DNA of 64,000 nucleotides, taken from assembly GCA_963714095.1 (NCBI GenBank), contig OY970230.1, positions 6,206 to 70,205 of the forward strand, read 5' to 3'. This document shows positions 56,760-64,000 of the stretch, piece by piece. The notes beneath the pieces were generated by a model that was not told where the DNA came from, did not search any database, and worked only from the letters and a program-made list of their open reading frames with translations. This DNA is from Candidatus Gottesmanbacteria bacterium. GTDB lineage: Bacteria > Patescibacteriota > Microgenomatia > UBA10105 > UBA927. Numbering within the stretch: position 1 is the first letter of the stretch; every line of letters starts with the position of its first letter. The position numbers and the translations under genes are program-made.

Positions 56760-58712
56760 ATGGCAGGTTGCATTCAGGAAAAAAGTTATCGGGAATCATA
56801 CGAATCAGAAACAGCTGCAGTAAAACAATCATTTTCATATTTTTCTCCACATGACGTACGTGTTGAGGTGGCGCGCCGTTTTAAAATTCGATATGCCATA
56901 GATCATGCTAGTGAAACGAAAGATATAACTCCAACAGAAGAAGTGACTGAGAGTATTTCATTCACACTTCAAAATGGTCAGATTTTTTATCCAACCTATG
57001 GTGAACACGGAACCTACCTTGACTCTTTGCATCAAAATCAAAAAAACCACTCTGATACATACTCTCTATCGGATCACCAGACATCACGTCTTGCGGAGGA
57101 GGCATTTCGCAATGGCGCAACAAAAGCAGTATTGTCGTACGCAAGAGAGGGTGAGGCTAATCGGGACCTTCTCGTGATGACATATGATCCTAAAACTAAA
57201 GAAGGAAAAACATTTGTGGTGAATACTGCTTTAGATGGAAAACAACATTCGTATGACGCAATTATTGCAATTGGACAAAAACTATTTGAAAATTTGTCGC
57301 TAATTCAACCGACAAATACTTCTGCAATTTTGACAGATACCCTTCTTTCTTCTGACCATGCCCGTGAAGCGGTTACACGTCTGACGTTGGACTCCGAACG
57401 GATTATTTCGCAAACTCCCTACACGCATCCTGTATCCGAACGTCTCATTCCGGATTCAGTTACAACCGTAGAATATTCGGCAATAAAAATTGCTGGGGAT
57501 ATCCGTGAAACATGGGTTGATATCCGCGATTTCTTCAACCGAAAATTGTATGAGAATGAGAAGAAACGTAGGCAAGATATATTGCTACCCGAGTTTGGGC
57601 TACAAATAGAACAAACTCAGTCGGGGGAACAGAAAGAGCAATTACCGACAAAAGGAGACGTACAAACTGCTATTGTAATTCTTTCTGAACCACGATTGTT
57701 AACCCTCAAAGAACCGTTCGCGATCATAGGTGTACTTTTTGCACTTGATACAATTGCAAATACACAGGAATCTGTTCATGCGTTAGAGGAGAAAGAACAA
57801 CCACAACTAACAGATGATGATGTAGAAACTGCAATTGCGATTTTCTCTGAGCCAACACTCCTAACCCTCGAAGAACCAGTTGTAACCATAGGCATCCTTT
57901 TTGCAATCGATACGTTTGCACATATGCCGAAAGAATCCGTTCGTAAAGAAGACAGAGTAACGGGTGCTTTTGTAGCACATACAACTCGGGCAGAAAGTCA
58001 GAATGATAGGCAACAAATAGAAGTTATTCATCAAATCGGCGAGAAATTAACAGAATGCGTTATTTCTCAACATCCGTTTGAAGAAACGCTCGATATTCCT
58101 GACAGCGAGACCATGGGGTTTTTTAATCTATATCGGTTTTTTTATGGAGAGAAAAAGAAGTTGTCGCCAGAAGAACATGAGGTTCAGAAAGAAGAAGCGC
58201 GGGAAAGTATTAAACGGTTCTTGGCTCTCACCACACCGGAAGAACAACAAAAATATAAAACCCTTGAACGTTTTGCGCTTTTGTATATTGCTCTAGCGAT
58301 GCGTTTTATAAAACCGGACGAAATAATATCAAAAAAGATTTTTCATAAACTACCCCCAACTTTTTCAGAGAAGAATATACAGAAAAAACTCGAACGGGAC
58401 ATGCCGATAGCACGTTTATCCCAACTGCTGACACTGCTTTTCTTATTTTCGTATGCATCGGTGTTTGACCGATTATTTCAAAATAACAAGGATGTTGATT
58501 TGTCAGGTAAACGTGTAAAAAAGCAGAACCCGGAGAAAAATATAAGTTCGCAGCTTGAACGGACACCATGGATTTTATTATCGATCATCTGGTATCTTGC
58601 AATGATTCGGGAACAGGGGGTGCGAACAAACAGTAACCCTCAAAAAAACAAACGCAAAAAGAAAAACATGCATTCGATATTGCCCGTTTTTGGTGTTATT
58701 TTTACTTTTTGA
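56760..58712 (+). CDS. Large hypothetical protein with a 54-aa internal duplication and hydrophobic C-terminal segments
   Basis: 650-aa ORF; repeat DV.TAI.I.SEP.LLTL.EP...IG.LFA.DT.A; C-terminal PWILLSIIWYLAMIREQG. Confidence 0.8.
   Translation: MAGCIQEKSYRESYESETAAVKQSFSYFSPHDVRVEVARRFKIRYAIDHASETKDITPTEEVTESISFTLQNGQIFYPTYGEHGTYLDSLHQNQKNHSDTYSLSDHQTSRLAEEAFRNGATKAVLSYAREGEANRDLLVMTYDPKTKEGKTFVVNTALDGKQHSYDAIIAIGQKLFENLSLIQPTNTSAILTDTLLSSDHAREAVTRLTLDSERIISQTPYTHPVSERLIPDSVTTVEYSAIKIAGDIRETWVDIRDFFNRKLYENEKKRRQDILLPEFGLQIEQTQSGEQKEQLPTKGDVQTAIVILSEPRLLTLKEPFAIIGVLFALDTIANTQESVHALEEKEQPQLTDDDVETAIAIFSEPTLLTLEEPVVTIGILFAIDTFAHMPKESVRKEDRVTGAFVAHTTRAESQNDRQQIEVIHQIGEKLTECVISQHPFEETLDIPDSETMGFFNLYRFFYGEKKKLSPEEHEVQKEEARESIKRFLALTTPEEQQKYKTLERFALLYIALAMRFIKPDEIISKKIFHKLPPTFSEKNIQKKLERDMPIARLSQLLTLLFLFSYASVFDRLFQNNKDVDLSGKRVKKQNPEKNISSQLERTPWILLSIIWYLAMIREQGVRTNSNPQKNKRKKKNMHSILPVFGVIFTF
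57627..57920 (+). repeat. Diverged intragenic duplication, 162-nt period
   Basis: GACGTACAAACTGC at 57657 versus GATGTAGAAACTGC at 57819, with continuing similarity. Confidence 0.8.
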
Positions 58713-58891
58713 GTTAAATAAAATAGCTGCTCTACTATTTGAGGTTAAATCGAGGCTAAAATAATATGTACCCAATACTACACGATTTCGAACAGATATT
58801 TACTGGTTATAAGCCTATTTTTGAGCAAATTTTAGATAGAAGTTGCTAAAATTGTCGTACGTAGTAAAATAATCTATAGGAGGTAAGTTGC

Positions 58892-59293
58892 ATGGAAATA
58901 AATAGTAGCGTTTTAGTCAAAAGCGAAAGACAGAGAGCCCTTCATTACATCCAGACTCTTATAGAAGTAGCTAGGGAACCATTTTTGATTCTCGATGAAA
59001 ACCTTCGTGTAGTGATAGCCAATATTTCCTTTTACGAAACATTTCGGGTGGGCCAGAAAGAAACGGAGGGGAATTTTATATATGATTTGGGCAACAAGCA
59101 ATGGAACATTCCTAAACTAAAAGAATTACTGGAAGATATTTTGCCCAAAAAGAAACTGTTTAGAGATTACGAGGTTACGCATACATTTCCGACAATCGGA
59201 AAACGAATAATGGCTCTAAACGCCAAGGAAGTGGATTCAGTCCAGTTGATTATTTTGTGCTTTGAAGATATAACGGAAAAAAAGAAAGTTTAA
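58892..59293 (+). CDS. Stand-alone PAS-domain protein
   Basis: REPFLILDENLRVV.AN.SFYETF...GN.IYDLGNKQWNIPKL matches PAS domains of CheB/CheR-type fusions; SD AGGAGGT. Confidence 0.85.
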   Translation: MEINSSVLVKSERQRALHYIQTLIEVAREPFLILDENLRVVIANISFYETFRVGQKETEGNFIYDLGNKQWNIPKLKELLEDILPKKKLFRDYEVTHTFPTIGKRIMALNAKEVDSVQLIILCFEDITEKKKV

Positions 59294-59372
59294 ATTAACT
59301 TGTGAATGATACAAAGAGTCATGAACGGCGAATTTCAGTAAAACTTTTGAGACTAAATTGAGGCTGAGCGTG

Positions 59373-59446
59373 TACCCCCATCCGGATTCGAACCGGAGAT
59401 TAATGGGCTGAAAACCCACTGTCCTAGGCCGCTAGACGATGGGGGC
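59373..59446 (-). tRNA. tRNA-Glu(TTC)
   Basis: Acceptor GCCCCCA/TGGGGGT; anticodon loop TTTTCAG; T arm TCCGG-TTCGAAT-CCGGA. Confidence 0.93.
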
Positions 59447-59492
59447 ATATTTGTATTTTAGCAAAAAGTAACAATGTATTCCACTGAGCGGG

Positions 59493-59999
59493 TTATATCC
59501 TGAGAATTTTACGATACTCATCAATCACTATTCTTGCGCCGGATTCGAGTGTACCCGGCAATTCGTCTAAGGGAAACCAATGGTGGGTTAGAATTTCCCC
59601 ATCCTTCGCATGAAAAATAGTTTCTGCAGGGATTGTCGGATCATCAGTAAATAGTAAACAAACACAACGATATTTATAGTCGTAACCCATCGTTGCTACG
59701 TAAGTACCATTCGTTTCACGATACGAACCTGGGATGTACCTAAACCACTCCTGCGGGGCGCTTAATTCCTCATTTAACGCACGCCGCAAAGGTTCTTTTA
59801 TCCCAAAATCCAAGTTCGATTTCCAGGTTTCAGTCACAATGTTCCATACACCGGCTGGTCTGTATTGATCGGATGTCGCTTCAAGACCTAAAAGAACTTG
59901 ACCGAAAGAGTTAAAAATTACTATGGCGAGGCCATGCGGCATACGCAATAGTTCCTGCCGGTTCGGGCTCGTGACCCGCGCCTCCAAAATTTCGCTCAT
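59493..59999 (-). CDS. NUDIX-fold protein with a degenerate Nudix box
   Basis: Motifs GQVLL, GVWNIVTE, RRALNEEL, WFPLDELP; SD GGAGG. Confidence 0.7.
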   Translation of the reverse strand: MSEILEARVTSPNRQELLRMPHGLAIVIFNSFGQVLLGLEATSDQYRPAGVWNIVTETWKSNLDFGIKEPLRRALNEELSAPQEWFRYIPGSYRETNGTYVATMGYDYKYRCVCLLFTDDPTIPAETIFHAKDGEILTHHWFPLDELPGTLESGARIVIDEYRKILRI

Positions 60000-60055
60000 A
60001 TTCCCTCCGCTGGTATTGTCCAGATCAGGTTTTTAGGGTATATTCTCAGCCCAAC

Positions 60056-61273
60056 CTATGTTGAGCACCCCGTACGTACACTTTCGTAAATCCGCGACAT
60101 CGATACCGCAACGTTCGACCATTGATGCTCGGAAATCATGATTTTTGTTTGGGCAATAGGAAGCGTGTGTGAAAAAACTTTCTGAATCTGAGAAGCAAGC
60201 AAAAGCGGGTTGTTCACGCTGGTAATAAGAGATGCATATTCATCACTCATAAGACTTGATATTCCCGCTACATTGGTGGTGATAACCGGCACCCCGCACC
60301 CGATAGCTTCAAGGGCAGACATACCGAATGATTCATAGTGTGATGGCATAACCACGACGTCTGCTGCATTATAGTAGTACGGTAGATCGAGTTGTTTTTG
60401 TCTGCCGACGAACCGGACATTCGTCGTAAGGGATAACGTCTTCTGAAGACGCGATAGTTCCCGCAGTGTCTTCGGCCAATGGGCGCTATCTTCGGAAGTG
60501 TCTCCTCCAACAATCCATAAACAAATCGTTTCACCCGGATGTTGTTTTTTTAATATCTTGATTGCATACAAAAGCGTATCAATGCCCTTAAGCGGTTCTA
60601 TACGCCCTACAAACAATACGATTTTGTGAGTCGGGTCGGCGCCTATATGTGCACGGGCCTGGTCCTTATTCAGAGGATGAAAAAGAGATGAATCAATGCC
60701 GGGGGAAATAACAGCGATCTTTTTATCCGGTACATCGTACAAATATTCCATATACGACCGGTCGTTTTTGCTCGAGGCGATGATTGCGCGTGCCTTTTTC
60801 ATGAGCGTAAATTCTGCTTGTATGCGGCGCGTGCCCTCACGCTCCAGCGTATCCCGTGCAACAAGATTTTTCATAAGACCAAGTGTATGAAACGACATGA
60901 CAAATGTCTTGTTTATTGCAATCGCAGCCAGCCCGGACTGATAGTAATGGGCGTGCAACACGTCGTACTTCAGTTGGTTTTTTTCTACAAACAATTGGTA
61001 AGCACGGACAAAATCAGGAATGTAATGTACAAGTGCCTTTTTCAAAATCTGCTCACGCGGACCGGCCGGAAGATGCATAATACGTAAATTTTGCTCCGGA
61101 GTTGTAACAAGCGCATCATTTGACTCATGCGAACGTGTATAGACGTCAACGCGGTGACCGATTCTGGCCAAAGCGCGGGAAAGCTCAAGTACATACACGT
61201 TCATGCCACCCGTTTCCTTCCCTTCAATCGAGGCTAGCGGACACGTGTGATAAGAGATCATTGCAATATTCAT
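60056..61273 (-). CDS. GT4 glycosyltransferase (MshA-like)
   Basis: Motifs HTCPLA...GGMNVYV, HAHY, VGRIEPLKG, ESFGMSALEA. Confidence 0.9.
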   Translation of the reverse strand: MNIAMISYHTCPLASIEGKETGGMNVYVLELSRALARIGHRVDVYTRSHESNDALVTTPEQNLRIMHLPAGPREQILKKALVHYIPDFVRAYQLFVEKNQLKYDVLHAHYYQSGLAAIAINKTFVMSFHTLGLMKNLVARDTLEREGTRRIQAEFTLMKKARAIIASSKNDRSYMEYLYDVPDKKIAVISPGIDSSLFHPLNKDQARAHIGADPTHKIVLFVGRIEPLKGIDTLLYAIKILKKQHPGETICLWIVGGDTSEDSAHWPKTLRELSRLQKTLSLTTNVRFVGRQKQLDLPYYYNAADVVVMPSHYESFGMSALEAIGCGVPVITTNVAGISSLMSDEYASLITSVNNPLLLASQIQKVFSHTLPIAQTKIMISEHQWSNVAVSMSRIYESVRTGCST

Positions 61274-61298
61274 ACCCCGTATAGTATAGTAAATTTCT

Positions 61299-61709
61299 AT
61301 GGCAGACAATGATAGCGCACAAGTACTTTTAGAATTGGAAGCAACGATCAAAAATCATATTTCCCTCATTGATAAAAATAAGGCGGAACTTAAAAAGCAG
61401 CGCGAAATGCTTGAAAGCGCCCTGTTAAACGACGAAACATACAGAACCCATTCGGAAGAAGCGAAAAAAGCCGCGAAAACAAAAGCGCTTACAAAGTATC
61501 AAATCATGCAGCTTCCTGCAAACAAGGGGCTAGCAGATACAGTAAAAGAGCTTTCAGCGGCTACCAAAGAACTGGACACGGCGCTTTCTGATTATCTGCG
61601 CGAATATATGCGCATGAGCGGCACCAACGAAATTGAAACTGACGAGGGTGACGTTCGGGAAATTATTTACGTGGCGAAGCTGGTTCGAAAAACTTCACGG
61701 CCAAAATAA
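61299..61709 (+). CDS. Hypothetical coiled-coil protein
   Basis: 136-aa helical ORF divergent from the GT4 gene across 25 bp. Confidence 0.75.
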   Translation: MADNDSAQVLLELEATIKNHISLIDKNKAELKKQREMLESALLNDETYRTHSEEAKKAAKTKALTKYQIMQLPANKGLADTVKELSAATKELDTALSDYLREYMRMSGTNEIETDEGDVREIIYVAKLVRKTSRPK

Positions 61710-61735
61710 TCCCCAATTCCTGATATAATAGCCTC

Positions 61736-62485
61736 ATGATTGTCCGAGCAATTAAAACTCATATAGTGACGACGGGTGAGAATATTTTTGATGTGCTCGA
61801 TACATATGTACCAAAGCTTCAAGAACGTGATGTTATAGCAGTTACTTCAAAAATCATCGGAATTTGTGAGGGACGGGTTGTTAAGATACGCAAAAACACC
61901 GACAAAAAGAGCTTAATTATCAAAGAGTCTGATTATTATATTGATGATCCCGGCATGAGCAAATATAATATTTTATTGACGATAAAAAACGGAAATTTAG
62001 TTGCCTCATCGGGAATTGATGAGTCAAACGGCAACGGATCGTATATATTTTGGCCGAAGGATCCTGATAAAACAGCAAGCGACATTTGGAATTATATCCG
62101 GGCTACAAGGCGCATTCGGCATTTGGGGGTTGTTATAACAGACAGTAAAACGACACCTCTGCGATGGGGAGTTACCGGTTTTGGCATAGCCTGGTGCGGA
62201 TTTAAACCGCTGAAAAACTATACGAACAGTCCGGATTTGTTTGGCCGACCGTTCGTGTATGAACAAACCAGCATTGTCGATAGCCTGGCAGCTGTGGGGG
62301 CATTTGCTATGGGAGAAGGAAATGAACAAACACCATTGGCGATCATCAGCGATGTCCCCCATGTAATATTTACGAATCAAACCCCAACGCAGAAAGAGAG
62401 GGACGATCTGAAAATAGTATTTAAAGATGATATTTATGCACCACTGACCAATTCTCCCCTTTGGAAAAAGGGCGGGCAGAGATGA
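61736..62485 (+). CDS. CofE-like gamma-glutamyl ligase family protein
   Basis: Motifs TSKIIGICEGR, SGIDESN, ITDS, DLFGR, MGEGNEQTP. Confidence 0.88.
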   Translation: MIVRAIKTHIVTTGENIFDVLDTYVPKLQERDVIAVTSKIIGICEGRVVKIRKNTDKKSLIIKESDYYIDDPGMSKYNILLTIKNGNLVASSGIDESNGNGSYIFWPKDPDKTASDIWNYIRATRRIRHLGVVITDSKTTPLRWGVTGFGIAWCGFKPLKNYTNSPDLFGRPFVYEQTSIVDSLAAVGAFAMGEGNEQTPLAIISDVPHVIFTNQTPTQKERDDLKIVFKDDIYAPLTNSPLWKKGGQR

Positions 62486-63267
62486 AACGCATTTTTTTCG
62501 CCGCACTCATTTGCTGTATTGCTCTTTTGATCTGGATTGCATTTCAATTCGTAACGATTAATTTTCACACGTATTCGCCTAATTCCGTCACATCTCCCAT
62601 AACGGAACCGTCGAATATACCATCCTATCCAACGGTATCTGCAAGCGGCACCTCATATACCTATGAAATAATTGCTGTAGCAACGTCTTCTTCCATCACG
62701 CTCATTCCGAATTTTACCGAAAAACGCGAGGCGAAAGCTCTTGCCGACGAGAACAAGTGTCGCGGGTCAGTTAACGGCGGTTTTTATGATACGGCCGGGA
62801 AACCTCTGGGCTTTTTCTACACAGACGGGCAAACGTACGGGAAAAATATTCAGAGTACACTTATGAACGGCTATTTCTGGGCTGATACAAACGGCGCTGC
62901 ATTCATTTCATCTAAACTCACCGGAAATACCACATACCGTTTTAGTTTTCAAACCGGTCCGATCCTTTTACTTGACGGACAGCGACAGTCCTTAACAATC
63001 CAAAACGACGAACATGCGCGTCGTATGGTTGCGGCAAAAACTGCCGATGGTCACTATGTTTTTCTTACGGTCTATTCGGCGGACTCAGTTTTTTCCGGCC
63101 CACTACTCTCAGAATTGCCGCAAGTAGTGACTTCTATTTCTCATACGGACAATTTAAACATTGAGGATGCTATAAATCTTGACGGCGGCAGCGCATCGGT
63201 CTTTTATAACGCTCAAACAAATTTAGGAGAACTGACACCTGTAGGAAGTATCTTGTGCATAAAATAA
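62482..63267 (+). CDS. Phosphodiester glycosidase (NAGPA-like) family protein
   Basis: Motifs NGGFY, GPILL, AINLDGGSAS; N-terminal TM; ATGA coupling with the upstream gene. Confidence 0.85.
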   Translation: MKRIFFAALICCIALLIWIAFQFVTINFHTYSPNSVTSPITEPSNIPSYPTVSASGTSYTYEIIAVATSSSITLIPNFTEKREAKALADENKCRGSVNGGFYDTAGKPLGFFYTDGQTYGKNIQSTLMNGYFWADTNGAAFISSKLTGNTTYRFSFQTGPILLLDGQRQSLTIQNDEHARRMVAAKTADGHYVFLTVYSADSVFSGPLLSELPQVVTSISHTDNLNIEDAINLDGGSASVFYNAQTNLGELTPVGSILCIK

Positions 63268-63319
63268 TACGTTTATGCTAGTATAGCTGAATGACACGTC
63301 CGCTTTTACCTATTCTGTT

Positions 63320-64000
63320 ATGAAAGAGAGCTATCTTGTTACCGGAGGGTCAGGTTTTATCGGATCAGTATTGGTACGGCGGTTGGTTGATCATCATAAA
63401 AACGTCCATTTAATTCTTCAAAAACATTCAAATCCATGGAGAATTAAGGGTTTGTTGCATAACGTGAAAATCCACGAATCCGATTTGTCTCAAATTTCGG
63501 ATTTAACGGAAATCATAAAGGAAACAAAGCCAACCATCATTTACCATCTTGCATCAAACGGTGCCTATTCTCACCAAAAAGACGCCGACCGGATTATCTC
63601 GACGAATATTTTGGGGACGTGGAATTTTTTGAAAGCCTGCAACAGCGTTGACTACGATTTGTTTGTAAATACAGGAAGTTCTTCTGAATACGGGTTTAAG
63701 AAGCATGCCATGCGTGAGACGGATCTAGTCGAACCGGCTAGTTATTACGCAGTGACTAAATGTACCCAAACCTTACTTTGCAGTTTTATTGCCAAAAATG
63801 AACATAGGCCTATTGTTACGTTACGGCCGTTTTCTGTCTATGGTCCGTATGAGGATCCGACGAGACTGATTCCTACGCTTCTGAAATCGCTCTTATTAAA
63901 GCGGAGTATGAAATTAGTTGAGGCGGATGTCGCGCGCGACCAGGTGTATGTCGGGGACGTTGTTGATGCATACCTGAAAATTGATGAGATGAAACGTAAC
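63320..64000 (+). CDS. NAD-dependent epimerase/dehydratase (partial, runs off the window)
   Basis: Hand translation: MKESYLVTGGSGFIG, YHLAS, TGSSSEYG, YAVTK, RPFSVYGP. Confidence 0.9.
   Translation, partial: MKESYLVTGGSGFIGSVLVRRLVDHHKNVHLILQKHSNPWRIKGLLHNVKIHESDLSQISDLTEIIKETKPTIIYHLASNGAYSHQKDADRIISTNILGTWNFLKACNSVDYDLFVNTGSSSEYGFKKHAMRETDLVEPASYYAVTKCTQTLLCSFIAKNEHRPIVTLRPFSVYGPYEDPTRLIPTLLKSLLLKRSMKLVEADVARDQVYVGDVVDAYLKIDEMKRN

Noticed and set aside
60056-61273. Mycothiol biosynthesis (mshA)
   Set aside because: MshA-like GT4 enzymes are widespread, and no mshB/C/D is in the window.
21747-62485. F420 biosynthesis inferred from CofD-like plus CofE-like genes
   Set aside because: The first gene is a YvcK/GlmR in its usual uvrC/secG context, the two are 39 kb apart, and no cofC/G/H is present.
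1-64000. Alternative genetic code (TGA recoding)
   Set aside because: Conserved genes are full length under code 11, and several end at TGA with ATGA coupling.

Overview
A dense 64 kb chromosomal segment. It looks like a streamlined Patescibacteria (CPR, probably Microgenomates-type) genome using genetic code 11; this taxonomy is inferred from gene style, not from a database search. It holds 12 tRNA genes, mostly without encoded CCA and several with non-canonical cores. DNA repair and SOS genes are uvrA, uvrB, uvrC, lexA, a dinB cassette, rarA and holA. A co-oriented gluconeogenesis-type run contains pgm/pmm, pgi/pmi, ppsA, eno, gpmI, an archaeal-type FBP aldolase/phosphatase and acsA. Also present are metK behind a SAM-I/IV-like riboswitch, a MacAB-like ABC system, a frameshifted MFS transporter and several secreted or surface proteins (S8 protease with Ig/FN3 domains, GH-A hydrolase, transglutaminase). 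AT-rich accessory islets sit at the 3' ends of tRNA-Leu(GAG), tRNA-Gln and tRNA-Glu. The two most striking observations are: (1) a compact cobalamin-riboswitch-like RNA, followed by a long G-U-rich hairpin and a terminator/RBS hairpin, in front of a ~650-aa orphan with no recognisable B12 function, inside an islet of ART-like and papain-like orphans; (2) three CDS starts fused to tRNA 3' ends at the CCA position, in a genome with pervasive leaderless -10/N6/ATG promoters. No CRISPR array, rRNA, intact integrase or transposase was seen.
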